A DNA stretch of 64,000 nt from Phaeosaccion multiseriatum (GCA_965112735.1 OZ218965.1:1488001-1552000); one strand, 5' to 3'. Counted from the first letter of the stretch, positions 1 through 33,275 are shown. The notes: generated by a model not told the origin, from the letters alone. Made by a program: numbers and translations.

Positions 1-961
1 CGCCGGATCGGCTAGAGGTGGAGCACGCAGCGTAGCTACGTAGTTGCGCCCAATCACTCCGCGCCCCAGCGTTGTGGCCTCTCTTTTTATTCCATTGTGG
101 TTATTCCTGCAAAAAAAAAATCAATTGAAAGGCTAGATTAAAAAGGTGCTAAGTAAGGCAGGCTTAAATAAGAAAGGGGGTTTCATTAAAGGCCGAAAAG
201 CCTCTAATTTACGATTGGTGTTGTGTAGCGCTATTTTGGCCGATTTGAGGCTTTTCGTTTTCATCTGGCGGGCGAGGGCGGAGCTGGCATCCCTAAATCC
301 AGCTAAATATGCCCACGGGAGGCCCATATTCGATTTTGGGTAAGGGGGTATGCTTCCCAGCCAAGAGTGACCTATTTGGGAGGGGGGGGGAGCAGGTAGC
401 TAAGGGTAGCTGCTATGCCTCCCGAGGCTGCCCGTGGGAGTGCATGCATACCCTACCCTGGCGAGAAGTTGTAACCCAGCGGGCAGGGTAGGTGTGAAAG
501 AGTGCATCCATTGGGCATAGTTAGCTAGGTGGGTGCATTCGGGAAGGGGCGGGGAAGTGCCAAGGTCACCAAGGGGGGAACGCTTCACAAATTCTGACCT
601 CCCTCCTTATAGAGGAGAGGCAAGCTTCTGCGGATATGCGACTTCGTACACTTGGCTGGACCTTGTTGTATTGAAGTACTTTGTACTACAAGTAGTATTT
701 AATGTTAAATAATGTCGTCTTCTTTCTTTTCTGCTTGGTTCCATGCCGCACTCTTGCATGGGCAAAAGGGGGGGGTCAGAGTGATGAAACGCTCACGCTC
801 AAACGCCGAATCTTACAATTTCTCTTTTTTCCCTCTTTCCTCCTTCTTGCTTCGTAGTACCTCACATTGCAAGAGGAAAAAACCGTGTACGATGGTGCGT
901 CTTCCCCCCCCCGATCACTCTCTCTTCTCCGAAGCGTACACTACTGTAGCACGCGAACAGC

Positions 962-3134
962 ATGATGAAGAACGTGGCATTGGTTGTTGCAGCAGCAGCG
1001 ACGGCTTACGGTAAGTGGGCGAGCGAGTGAAGTGGTTGGGAGCCCTTCCCTCGCTCAGAAGAGATACCTGAGGGAGGGAGCGAAGGAGAGCAGCAGGGAT
1101 GGAATCAAAGGCCACGTGAAGTGGTGGCGGCGGGCACTTTTTCCCCTCCCTCATCATCTGCCTGCTTCTTTCCCTCCCTCACCGTCTGGCACACCCGTTC
1201 TCCAGCGGCCCCCTTGTGCCCTCTTGACAGCCCCGGCAGTGGGAACAATATTTTCTTCAACCCGAACTTCTTCGACGACTTGGCCGGTTGGTCAACGTTC
1301 ATAAAGGGAGAGGAAACCACCCTAGAGGGCAGCATCACCAGTATTGCGGGAGGCGGAGCCTTGTTCGAGGTTGAAACCGCTGGAGAAGAGGCATGGCACA
1401 TGCAAATCTTCCAGGCGTTTGACATCCCCGTCGCAGGAGAGACGTACACGTTGGTGTTTGATGTCGAAGCTGTGGATGACGTCGGAGGGGAGGCGATTTT
1501 GTACATTCAGCAAACCGCCTCCCCATACACCTTCTTTGGCAGGGAGGCGTGCGTTGTGGATGACGAGGGTACGATCACGACGTGCAGCGTGACCGCTGTC
1601 ATCGATGACATAACCGCCCCTGTCAAGTTCGGCATTGAAGCTGGGGCAACAGAGGGTCTCTTCCTCATTACGGGGGCCGCGACGTGTTTGGCCCCAGCAG
1701 CAACGCCATCCCCTGTACCGGCTGGCCCGCCCGTCCCGACGTGTCCCGCTGGTACCGTCAACCTTTTCGCCAACCCAGGCTTCGACGGCGGCCTAGAGCC
1801 GTGGGGTACCTTCGTCAAGACAACCGATACCTCCCTCGTGGGGAGCATCACCGACGCTGGCAGCGGAGCCTTGTTCGATATCGAGTCTTCTGGCCAAGCG
1901 GATTGGCACATGCAAATCAGTCAGATCATCCCCGTGCCCGTTGTAGGGCAGAGCTACACTCTGACGTTTGTCATGACTGCCGAGGATGGGGAGGGAGGTG
2001 CCGGGGATTCGATCATCCAGCAGAACGGAGGCATCTATCCCTTCTTCGGGAGGACGAGGTGCTCCGTTGGTGAGCCCGGAGGCTTCGGCTCGACCACGGT
2101 GTGCACCGTCTCCGCTGTCATCAACGACCTCACCTTCCCCGTCAAGTTTGGCTTTCAGCACGAGGACGCAAGAACGGACGGGGGAAGGTTCACTCTCACG
2201 GGGGCCGCGCTGTGTGGGCCACCGCCGTCTGGTACCACCCCGGCCCCAGTGTCTACTGTTACCCCAGGTAATGGCCACAACCCGTGCGTACACTTTGTCC
2301 ATCCCTCCTGACTCACGCCTTCTTTGTCGAACCCCTTGTCTTTTTGTTTCTTTGCCGAACCCTTTGTCTTTTTGTTTCTTTGTAGCCCCTAGTGTGGTGG
2401 TGACCCCTGCTCCTGAGGCGGTGACCCCTGCTCCTGAGGCGGTGACCCCTGCTCCGGAGGCGGTGACCCCTGCTCCTGAGGCGGTGACCCCTGCTCCTGA
2501 GGCGGTGACCCCTGCTCCTGAGGCGGTGACCCCTGCTCCTGAAGCGGTGACCCCTGCTCCTGAAGCGGTGACCCCTGCTCCTGAGGCGGCGACCCCTGCT
2601 CCTGAGGCGGTGGTCACCACTCCTCCAGTCACTGGTCCCCTGAACTGCCCCGATGGTGCGGAACTTTTCACCAACGAAGGCTTCGACACCGGCCTCGAGG
2701 CTTGGGTCGCGTACGTCAAAACGGAGGGAACCACCCTTGTTGGCAGCATCACCAGCGTGGACAGCGGAGCCTTGTACGATGTCCAGACGGCGGCACCGGA
2801 GGATTGGCACATGCAGCTGTATCAACCCTTGGGCATCCCCGTTGCGGGGCGGGTGTACAGTCTCTCTTTTCAAATTGCAGCCGTGGATGCAGGCGAGGAG
2901 CGGGAGGTGGAAGTCTACATGCAACAAGATGGGGGCGACTATACCGCCATTGCCAGGCAGCTGTGTGCTGTTGACACCACGGGCCCTACGATTTGCGACC
3001 TTAGCGCCCTCATTGACGACAATTCCCTGGCCGTCTCATTCGGCATTGAGGATGCCACATCGGAGGGCAGCTTTGTTGTCACGGGCGCCCGGCTCCGCAG
3101 CTGCACTTTGGAGGCCGCCCAGTTTGGTAACTGA
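962..3134 (+). CDS. Secreted protein with three CBM4/9-like (galactose-binding fold) modules and a Pro/Thr-rich linker; 3 exons, 619 aa
   Basis: Exons 962-1010, 1206-2267, 2386-3134 (GT-AG, 1860 nt, in frame). Signal-peptide-like MMKNVALVVAAAATAYA. Three ~150-aa repeats start NPNF/NPGF/NEGF..W and contain WHMQ(I/L)xQ and G.xYxLxF, typical of CBM4/9-like domains. Confidence 0.8.
2400..2609 (+). repeat. Coding 21-bp tandem repeat (VTPAPEA) x10
   Basis: GTGACCCCTGCTCCTGAGGCG units read directly in exon 3. Confidence 0.95.
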
Positions 3135-3825
3135 GCATGGGGAGGAGGCTTTCTTCCCCAGCTTGTATACAGTATGTCGCACACTTGCTTGGAATTCTCA
3201 GATGCACACACAAACCTTTGTGGAATGACAGTTCATCCCAGCCGGAGAGCTGAGAAGGAGAAGGTCTCCCAGCTGTACTATAAGGAATGACAGGCTGTTC
3301 AGCCCCTGATCTGTTTCCCTGTTTCCATTTTCTGCCCGCGCGAGCCGTCCTGTTTCCTGTTTCTGGCCGGCGCGAGCCAGCCAACCCTTGAGTGCACTGA
3401 CTGCCCAGGGGGGCGAGGGCTGGTGGTGATGACTGCCGAACTGCCGATAATAAACCCACTCTTCTTCCCCGTACGTAGTACTACTAAGTATTAGTTTTCA
3501 TAAGTATCGCTGTGTACGACCGAGCGTAGGAGGAAGAGAGCTGCTTCAGGACGTTATAGTGTTCTGAACTCTGTGTGTCTGTTTGCCTGTCTGTTTCGTC
3601 TCTTATTCGCCCCTGCCGCCGCCGCCGCCGCCGCCGGAGAGCATCCCTTCAAGGAACGCCCTCTCGTGACACGGCACACGACACACGACACACGACCTGC
3701 TGCCCAAACTGACCCACACACTCCTACGTGTGTGGATTCTGTTGGCGGTTGTGCTTCGTAAGACGAAGACTTGAAAAAGACGATTCCCCACCCTCTCTGT
3801 GTCTGTCTCGCTACTCTGGATTGCG

Positions 3826-23489
<19,664 letters not shown>

Positions 23490-23712
23490 ACGTTCCACCG
23501 GCCTCGTTTCCTCAACCCTATCTCCACCTCATTGTGTGCGCCTGCACTGCAGAGCGGTTTTTTCCCTCTTCTTGCCCTTTTCCCCTCCCCTTTCCGATCC
23601 CTTTCCAACACACAGTTACGCTTCTGCCTATGCTTATGAAAAGGCCCAACCCTCAGCAATACAGTTTCACAGGAGAGAGAAATTGACAAAAAGCGCTTCG
23701 CATAAGGAGGCC

Positions 23713-25019
23713 ATGGCGGGCGGTCGAGGCAGCAGCAGTAGTAGTGGTAGTCAGGGAGGGGCAGAGGTGGAGAAGCCGGTGCGCCGGACGCTAGTGGAGC
23801 AGCAGGTACGCGGCTAGCGAGCGAGGGAAAATGGGGGCGTATGGTGCTCTGCTACATGATGTCAATCCGCTCCCCTCGTCACAGAGATGAGGCCGTTGTG
23901 AATAGTGCATCTTTCCGCTGCTTCCCCCGTTCTCTGTCCTGGCACAACAGGGAGATACCCCCAAGGACACTGCGGGCCAGGCGACTCGCTCCATCGCCGA
24001 GCTGGACGTGTTTGCCACTCGTATGATGGCCAAGAAGAAGAAGATACTCGAGGACGCAGAGAAGGACATGAAGGAGATCCGGTACCTACAGGGCAAGATA
24101 GAGGAGGAGACGCGCAAGTAAGACGGCGCGACGCCCACCTCCGGCTCTTTGATTTAGCACGAAGGTCTTGTCGAATACGGGCTCACACACCCCTCCCCTC
24201 ACGCTCCCTCTCGGTAGATACGCGGGGTTGACGGAGCGGCTCGACTTCAGATACGCGGAGCGCAGACGTATACAGACCCATCTCGCCAACTGCAGGTGCG
24301 TGCGCTCGCTGTCCAGGCGGATTCGTCCCACCCTACACGAGGCCAGGGGGGAAGATGATGCTCCCAGCGAGAGTGTGACTAGAGGAAACAGAGGCAGGCA
24401 CAGAGCACTGACACGCCGCTCATGAGCGAGAGGATAGTCATACCACTGCACTCCATCGATCAGTGCCACCCTGCTGCTGCTGCTGCTGCTGATGGTGCTT
24501 CACCGCCGGGCAGACACAGAGCAGACACGTGGCTCATGTGCGAGGGAGGTCTGACCACAGTAGTCCGCCAAACAATACCATCCTGCTGCTGCTGCTGTCC
24601 GGCCTATCCCCTCTACCCTCTGCTCGTCCAATGGCACTCGCGCTCTCCGCGTTGCCTCCCTCCTCTGAGACTTCAACCCCCCCCCCCGGCCTCCTCCTTC
24701 TCCGCCCCCCCACCTCCCACCTCCCCCGTCCCCCTCCCACAGAGACATGAACGATAATCTCATGACCACCGCTCACTCGGCCACTTGGAGCGCCAAGCGC
24801 GAGGATTCCAACCTTCTCAAGTCTCGGTCGTCAGCCACGCTCCGAATGGCGAGGGGCTTTGGTACCGACCCCAGTTCCACATTCACACGGAAGGACATGC
24901 GCAATCGACTCACAGCAGCGGCAGCCGGCAGCTCGGGCAGGGGCGTCGGGGCATCGAGGGGGGGCATGGATATGAGAGCTTCCCAGTCTACGGCCAGCTT
25001 AATACGGACCATCGGCTGA
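23713..25019 (+). CDS. Hypothetical small coiled-coil protein; 4 exons, 204 aa
   Basis: Exons 23713-23805, 23951-24117, 24218-24295, 24743-25019 (615 nt, GT-AG, in frame). Helical segment [33 protein letters not shown]. Confidence 0.7.
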
Positions 25020-25499
25020 GGGGCGGATAGATGGATGGATGGATGGATGGATGGATGGATGGATGGATGGATGGATGGATGGATGGATGGGTGGATGGAT
25101 GGATGGGTGGATGGATGGATGGATGGATGGATGGTCTAGTAAACAGTGGGTAGCGATCGTCGAGCGGTGGGTGGGGGTTGCGTTCACCTCGTAAGTCAAA
25201 CCCCTGCTCCGTTGTGCATAGTATATGTAAGTTAATCAAAAGTAGAGAGTAAGTACAGAAACAGAAGAAAAAAAAAATACACCTCTTCCCCTCCTCGTAC
25301 CCAGCCCTCCCCGCACTGCGGAAGGCAACCCCTGGCGACTCCAAAAAGCTACAGATATGTGACCCGCGCGTCCTTCTGAGGAAAGAGCTAAAGCGACAAA
25401 TGATCCATAGAGCAGTGCGGTGCAGGGTGGAATAGGGCAGGGCAGGCAGCTCCTCCTCCTCCTCCTCCTCCTCCTCCTCCTCCTCCTCCTCCTCCCTCC

Positions 25500-27716
25500 T
25501 CAAGTGTCTGAGTCATCCATGCTATCTACACCGCCCCCTCCCCCGTCCTCGTCACCATCGTCGTCGCCGCCGTCCTCGCCTTTGCCTCCCTTCATCTTGC
25601 TCCCCACCGTACGCAGAGCCTTCACCCTTCGCACGTGCATACTGTTGAGGTCCTGCCTGCCCAGATGGATGCGTCCCAGAGAGTCTCCGAAGACATTGGT
25701 CGACTTGTTCTTGGTCTTACCCTTGGACGTCCTGTTGGTTCCAAGTGAAGGAAGGGCGTGAGAAAAATGAAAAGTACTCCCATACGACGACAAGACCCCA
25801 CCCAAAGAGATACTACGTCAGACCGGCAAGGTGAGCAAGAAGGAAGGAAGGGGAAGCGAACACCACGGAAGACCTGTCTCTTCAGACACACGCACACACG
25901 CACACACGCACAGCAGCGTCTCTGTCACAATAGGCTGCCATCTATCTACCCTCCGCGGGGAATGGGCAGAATTACTCACTCCTTGGGCTGCTTGATGGCT
26001 TGTCGCCAGAGGTCGCTGGAAGGGAAGCTCGTTCTTCGGACTGTAAGGTCCATACTTGGGCCCATCTCCTCCAATGCTACCTTGGGTACCCGTGTGCCCG
26101 ACCGCTTGAACATGAGCGAGTAAGTGCGCATGTGTATTTTGGCGCCCTTGCCGCTGTTCTCCGGTGAAGAGCCTGTGGCTGTGAAGGAGATGCAGTGGTC
26201 CAGCCCGGCCAGGTTGATACCGCTCATCAGCTCGCCCCGGAAGAAGTCTTTTTCAAAGAAGTCAAAGCAATCATAAAGAACAACATCAAGGTAGGAGAGA
26301 TGGGAGAGAAAGACAACGCCACGTAAGTGCAGGACAGAGTGGGTGGATTGGTCGCCGGGGGTAGCGAATTGAATGGTGGCACTTAAAGGGGGGGGGTTGC
26401 GCTCTTCTAAGAAAGAGGGAACCCATGACATGAAATTCACTCGCCCACGCCATTTGAGGGAGCCTTACGAACTCTCCCTCCCAAGCTCTTCCCCTCCCCT
26501 CCTCCCTGTCCGTCCTTTCGCTCTGAACGCTCACTCACCGACAAGCAAACCCTGTGCCTTTCTGAGGAAAATATCCGATTCCCACCCCTCCCCTTGGAAT
26601 ACCAGCGCCGGCTTTGAGCCCATCTGCTTCGCCGGCCCTGTTACGTGATTACATGAGTCGGTGGTGACGAAGAGACAGAGAAGAGAGAGGAGAGTCAAGA
26701 GTGGCCAGCGGAACGCCGGAGCAGCAGCAGAGGCCACACAGTGTGAGGGGTGGGGGGGAGGGGGCACGAGGTTATGTGCCTCCATATACGAATACCCCCC
26801 GCTCCCGAGGGATTGAATCTCGTTCTTTTGGTGGCCCTCTTTCTCTTCGTCCTCCTCATCCTCCCTCTCCTCCTCCTCCTGGTCGTCGTCGTCCTCCTCA
26901 TTCTCGTCGTCCCCATCCTCCTCCTCCTCCTCCCGCCCCGCTGCTTTGTGCCCTACTGCACTGTTCCACCGACTGACCTGGAGCCTCCGCGATGCTAACG
27001 AAGTTGCTCACACCCATCTCAATCATGTCCAAAATGTGCCCGTCAAAGGTCCGCCCAATCACCAGGTTGTCCGGACGCTTCTTGTTGTGGCTACCGAAGG
27101 CAAAGAGACTGGTGTCGTTCTTGTTCATCAGAAATTCTAAGCCTGTTGCCAATCGAGAGGACAAAGCGCAGTGGGTCAGTCAGGGGCAAGTAGTTGGGTA
27201 GGTGCCAGAGGGTCCCGACGCCCCGGTCGACAAACTGGGAGCAGGTAGGGCGCACCTATCTATCTATGCCACTTACTCGTTTCGTCCTCGAAGGGGTTAA
27301 GGTCGTTCCGCCTATTGAATGCAGTAGCGTGTGGAGCGCTCAATTTGTGCTGCGCGAAGTTTCGGCAGGACCAATCAGCAGAGCAGGGACCACATGGTGA
27401 GGTAGCACCAGCAGCAGTAGTAGTGGTAGTAGCAGCAGCAGCAGCAGAGTCAAGGGGAGCGGCGGTTAAGAGAAGCAGATGAGGGTAACAAATCCGAAGC
27501 TTAAGATAGCCGAAAGGAGGGGGGGGGAGTCAGAATGGTATGGCAGGGCTTGCATCTTACCATGTCCTTCAGGCACTCCGCGATAGTCTCGCTCGTCTTC
27601 CTCCCCTTCAGGAAGAGGGTCTTCTTCGTGTTCTCAACGACCTTGGGGGCCTTCTCTTTGAGCGCACGCCGCACATGGCCCTTCACACGCTTCGGAGCTA
27701 TGCGCTTTTTTGGCAT
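25500..27716 (-). CDS. RPF2: Ribosome production factor 2 (Brix domain); 6 exons
   Basis: [87 protein letters not shown] and [14 protein letters not shown], joined by GT-AG introns. Confidence 0.95.
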
Positions 27717-27954
27717 GGCTGAGCCTTACTCTAAAGGCAGCAGCGCTGCAGCCGGAGCAGCTGAAGTGGAGCTGCCCGTATGGCCTGGTCTGGTTGCAGC
27801 TCCCTTCTTCAGTCTGTCCCTTCTTCCTTTCAGAGCGGTCAACACCCCTATTCACTCCTTTTCTCACGCTCAAATAAATAAAGACTCGCGGCCGCAGGGC
27901 CGCATCGTCCACCCATTGACTTAGGATTCTTCGGCCGGCCCCTCTTCCTCCCCT

Positions 27955-29284
27955 ATGCTACGCTCTCTCTCCTCCAAGACAGGACTGGTAGCTACAGCGC
28001 TTCTGTCGATATCCCACCCGTACGTACACTCATTCTCCATTGCAACTGTTTGCTCGGCTCCTGCTCGGGCATTTGTTTCCCGCAGAGGAGGACTTGGCCA
28101 CAACCCACAATTCTCATTCTCGGCTTCCCGCTTTTTCGCGACAAGCATGGCGGGCTCTGAGGACAAGACAATTCAAAGCATCGTCATCATTGTGGCCATG
28201 CAAGGTAACAGACTCGCGTCTGGTGGCGTACGTCGCATGCCTGCTTTGAGTCAGATGGGCAAGGTCGAGCGCGCCTTCTCCTCCCTCCCTCCCTTGCTTA
28301 TGTGGTCAACCTTTGTTTGTGCTTTGCATGCATTCATCCACTATTTCATTCTGGCGCGCACGGTATATTCTGTGGTGCCTGTACCTCTGACTAAACTCTC
28401 GTCACCGTCCCGCTTCAATCCTCCCTCTCCCTCTCCCCCTTAGCCGAGGCAGACCCTATGATCGCGCGCCTCGGCCTGGAGCAAGACTCCACCGTGTTTC
28501 CTGCAGAGGCCCCTTGCCAGTGCTACAAGGGCGAGTACAAGGGAGCGAAGGTCGCGGTTGTCACCAATGGCAAGTGCGCCAAGCACAGCGTAGACAATGT
28601 CGGCACCATCGGAGCGACGCTGGCCACATGGCTCTCCCTGCAGCTCCTCAAACCTGATCTCATCATCAGCGCAGGCACCGCAGGGGGCTTCAAGCGAAAG
28701 GGGGCAACCATCGGAGATGTTTTCATTAGCTCCCACCACAAACATCACGACCGGCGCATCGCCATTCCGGGCTTCACTGCCTGGGGAATTGGATCTCACG
28801 AGGCCCACCCGACCCCCAAGCTGCAGGAGGCACTAAAGTTCAAGACGGGCGTTGTCACCTCGGGCAACTCGCTGGCCGCCGCTGACGTGGACAATGAGAT
28901 GATGATCAAGGTAAGGTTATGTTCGCTATACCCGAAGGCCTTGAACACCCCCGCGGCCCTAACCCTCAGGCCCGACCCTCACCCTAACGCCACGCCCACC
29001 CCGCGCCTCGCCCAACAACAAACAAACTCACCAACAAACCTCAACTGAAACCGCAGAACGATGCATCTGTGAAGGAGATGGAGGCGGCTGCCATCGGATG
29101 GGTCTGCGACCTTCACGGCGACGTGCCCATGTTCTGCATCAAGACCGTTACAGATATTGTGGATGGAGAGGTGGCCACGGAGGACGAGTTCCTGGCGAAT
29201 CTGCACACAGCGGCCCAGCGGCTGCAAGAGGCGGTCCCCACTACGCTGGACTTTATCATCGGCCGTAAGCTGGATGACATCTGA
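27955..29284 (+). CDS. MTN: 5'-methylthioadenosine/S-adenosylhomocysteine nucleosidase (plant type) with N-terminal targeting extension; 3 exons
   Basis: Exons 27955-28204, 28444-28910, 29057-29284. Motifs IIVAMQAEA, VDNVGT, PDLIISAGTAGGFK, HDRRIAIP, SGNSL, KEMEAAAI, KTVTDIVDG. Confidence 0.93.
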
Positions 29285-30573
29285 TGGCCTATGTGCCTGC
29301 CTTTCATGGCCTATATGCCTGCCTTTGATGGCCCTGTCTATCGAGCTGAAAATGGATGATGCTTGATGACCTGTGGCACCACAGGCCTTCTGATTCACTG
29401 ATCATATCTGCCGGCCTGTATGAGGCCGTGGGTCTGGAGTTTGATGGTACCTGATGGCAGTCTGCGCATCACCAGGGAGGAGGCCGAGGAGATGAATCGC
29501 GCTCAAGAAGGCCTCCACAATGATGGCTAAGGTGGAGGAGCATCGCTAAAAGTGGAGGAGCAGAAGGCGTCTGCCTGAAGTATGGCACGTACTTGCCAGG
29601 CCGTTTGCCGCAAGCTCGATGGCACCTGATGACATACACCTGGCAGTAGTGGCACGGCATGGTCGTACAGGCCCTGGTTGGCCCCTGTCGCTGTGCAAGG
29701 GGGAGCCAAACGTTACAGCTGTGTTTAGGCTGGTACACTGTCTTCAAAAACACAGAAAGTAAATATGGACGACGATTGTATCTGTATGTATGTATGTATG
29801 TATGTATGTGTGTATGTGTGTATGTATGTATGTATGTATGTATGTATGTATGTATGTATGTACGTATGTATGTATGTATGTATGTGTGTTTGCACATGCA
29901 ACCCGTCACTGTCACTGTGTGTCGGACCCTTCCCTTCCAGCCCATCCGACAGTCTCACGGGTCTGTGCAGCGCTCACTTACAGTTCTGGAGCTGACGGAC
30001 TACCACAAAGGCTCGTCGGCCCTCGGATGGGAAAGGACGGCAGCTGATGGCAGGCAGCAGACCCACTTTTCAACTGCCAAAGCCCGTCAGCACGGCCGGT
30101 GCAAGCCGCCACACCAACAGGAGGAGTCGACGAATCAAGCATACGTACGGCTCCCTCCGTCAGTCAGTCTGCACCCACCTGGCCACCTTGGCTTTTGCTT
30201 GCGTCGACTGTGGACAACAAAGCTCGTAGGCAGCACTCTCTCCGGTGGCGTCTCACGAGCCGGGCTCGAAACCCCCCCCCGGCTCCCCTTTTTCCACAAC
30301 CAGAGGAGAGCAGAAAGGGCATAGGGAAGCCGAGTCTCTTCTGGCCGCTGCTTGCTCATCACAATCGATCACAGCGCCGCAGGAAGGCAGGAAGGCCGGA
30401 AGGTACGCGCCTGGCCATGGTGTGTTGGAGCGGCAAAAGGCAGGGCAGTCGGCTGAAGCCTCACATCTCCCTCCTCATGCTCTCCTGATGCGCTGCCCTC
30501 GCATCCCGGAGGAGCTACACACACACACGCAAACCCCCCCAGACACGCACACGCACACACAATCGCTCTGAAG

Positions 30574-31620
30574 TGACGCGCTTGGCACTTCTTGCACGCC
30601 GAGTACGGATGAAACTTGATCTTCTTCAGAGAGGCAGACAGCTCCAGAGGGAGTTTAAAGTAACGCCCCATGACCACGTCCTCCACACCACAAGGAAGGA
30701 CCAACTGCTGATCGAACTCCGAGTACTGATGAAACTTGATCTTCTTCAGAGAAACAGGCAGCTCCAGAGGGACGATAAAGTCCCACCCCATCTCCACCTC
30801 CTCCACACCACAAGGAAGGACCAACTGCTGATTGAACTCCGAGTCTTCTTCAAACTTGATCTTCTTCAGAGAGGCAGGTAGGTCCAGAGGGAGATTAAAG
30901 TCACGCCCCACCTTCACCTCCTCCACACCACAAGTAAGGATCAACTGCTGATTAACCTCTGAGTGCTCTTCAAACTTGATCTTCTTCAGCGAAGCAGGGA
31001 GATCGATTTGTTTGTCAAATCGCCGGCCGAAATAACACTTTGCTCACTGTACCAGGAAGACATGATTGAAATACTCAGAGAAGCGCACAAGCCAGACCGA
31101 TGCTGGCAGCAGCGCGTGTGCCTTCCCTACGAGAGCCTCATCAGCAAAAACTTTGGCGTCGTCGTCCTTAGAATCTTGGTAGGTCCTGAGGCCGAGCTCC
31201 ACGGACACCACGCGAAAGAAGCCCCCTTGAATCAGGAGGTCCAGACTCATTGCGCTGCCTCTTCCCACATCGCTCCTGCTGCTGTTGCGCTTCCTGCCTC
31301 GCCCAAATCCTCCCCGATCTTCGCGCTCCCTCCGCAGGACATCTTTCCTCACAGCCAGCAGCTGCAGCAGTAGAGACAGTAAGAATAGTCGCGGAAGGCC
31401 AAGCCAAAGCAGTGCTTCTCTCCTCCTCTTCCTGCTGCCGCTTCAGCTGGTTCAGTATGCGCTGCTGGTGTTTACTTGGAGCTGACGGGACAAGACCAGC
31501 TCCGGCGGGTCCCAAAGCAAGGCTCCGCCTCCCCCTCCCCCTCCCCCCTCCACTGATAGACGCAGCGAGTGGTCCTGGCACAAAGGCTACGCCATACAAA
31601 GATAAAGTCCCTCTGCTCAT
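30574..31620 (-). pseudogene. Disrupted intronless FNIP/IP22-type repeat gene with a possible N-terminal F-box-like motif
   Basis: 120-bp (40-aa) tandem units at 30601/30721/30841/30961 encode LPASLKKIKF..SEFNQQLVLPCGVEEV..G..F..PL.LP. In-frame TGA at 31044-31046 and an apparent frameshift near 31400-31440. Confidence 0.65.
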
Positions 31621-31788
31621 ATAGAGTCAGAGAGGAAGGCCTGTCGAGGGAGTTGAGGGAGTCCGTCGCCTCCCCGCTTTGCTCCCCGTCTCCCTCTCTC
31701 TTGTCTTTGTCTGTGTCGCTCTCACAGGCACATTCGACTCCGCGCAGCCCCAGCCTCGAACCTGCCTTCCGTTTTCCGACGACGCTTT

Positions 31789-33245
31789 TCAGCAGAAGAC
31801 GGCCCAGTCCAGAACCTGGAAGGTGCTCAGCAGAGCTCGGAAGTCCCTCATCGCCTCCACCTTCGCCACCACAGCCGCACTCTCACTCTCACTCTCCAAC
31901 TGCGCTCCTCCTCCTCCTCCTCCTCCAACTCCTCCTGCTGCCCCTCCTTCAGTCGTCGAGGTGAAGCCCTTCGCCACCGCCAAGGCCACTCTTTGAGCCT
32001 CCGCACTGTCCCTAACAGGCATGTTCACCGTGAAGAGGAGGTCGGTCTCTACCTTGGCGAGACGAATATTGACCATAGCGATGACCACGTGGTCAACCAC
32101 AATCGCACTCAAGCTCGCGGCACGCTCTTCTTCGCTCAGCTCTTCGGCTGCTGCTGCGGTGCATGCTCCTCCTGGTCCTGGCCCTGGTCCTGATCCTGTC
32201 GGAGGCAATGATGCCTCTGTCTCCGGCGGCGAGGCATGCTGCTCAGCGGCCAGGACTTGCTGAGTGCCCACAAGGCCTGACTTTGGGAAGCGCGGGTCCA
32301 ACAGCGAGCAGATGGTGTCGGGCAGTGCGCCGGCCCACGTCACTTCCGCTTTGAAAGACTCATTGACCTCCACTAGGTCTGTCCAGAAGTACTCTACGCT
32401 AAGGCCGCTGCTACTGCTGGTGGTGGTGGGGTTGTTGCCGGTGGTAGTGGTAGGGGTGGTTGTACCGTTGCTGCCCCCACTTTGAGACAGGCCTGCCACG
32501 AAGTCCAGTATCTCAATGACGATGGACACGTCCTCTCGCACAAACACCTCCTGGTGGTCCGGCACCTGTCGGAAATCACTGGCGGCGTCGGGGAGGGTGG
32601 GCGACAGGCGAGTGCGTTTACGAGAAAAGAGAGGGTTGAGCATAAATCAACCAAACCAGCCTTGCTCTCGGGGCAGGCGACGCAAAGCGCGGAGACGCAA
32701 GACACATGTAAGGAGGATACCAAACCAGGAACGTACCTGAGATCCTTGTAATCGCTCGGCAAGTCGCATACCAGTGCCCCTCCAAACAGCTCCTTGCGGA
32801 CAGTATTGTTGCCGCCGCCCATACTTCCTGGTGGGGGAGGTGAGGGCGCCTTCTCCTGCCGCTGTTCCTCCAGATTCTCCTCCCTCGGCTCGTCCTCCGC
32901 CTCCTTGACTCGCGGCGGCACCTCTGGTGGCCGCGTTCCTGCCTCCTGTCCGGCCTTATCCTCCTCGCGCCTGTCCTGCAGCGAAGCTGTCTCTGCGTCT
33001 CCTATGATAGGTTCTGTGGGAGTGGTGCTCATGGTATCTGGACCCGGCGTCGCTCCCTTTGCTGTTGCTGCTGTTTCTGTTTGGCCGCCAGCTTTGGGCT
33101 CTGTCGCCACGCCTGAGATACTCTGAGAGCCATGGTCGACGAGATTTCCCTCCTCGTCCATCATCATTGGCGCATACTGTGCCTGGAGCGGCTGCTGATG
33201 GGGATCGTTTTGCTGCTGCTGCTCATCTCCCTTCTCCCTCTCCAT
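31789..33245 (-). CDS. MOG1: Ran guanine-nucleotide release factor (Mog1/PsbP-like fold); 2 exons
   Basis: Exons 32737-33245 and 31789-32578. Motifs ELFGGAL..LP, DLSDFRQVPDHQEVF, SIVIEIL, RLAKVETDLLFTVN, LSTFQVLDWAVF. Confidence 0.92.
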
Positions 33246-33275
33246 TTGCGTTCAAGGTTTGTCGGATAGAGGAGA

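Noticed and set aside
31044-31046. In-frame TGA as selenocysteine or stop-codon reassignment
   Set aside because: No redox motif or recognisable SECIS, a second disruption lies nearby, and other genes here use TGA as a normal stop.
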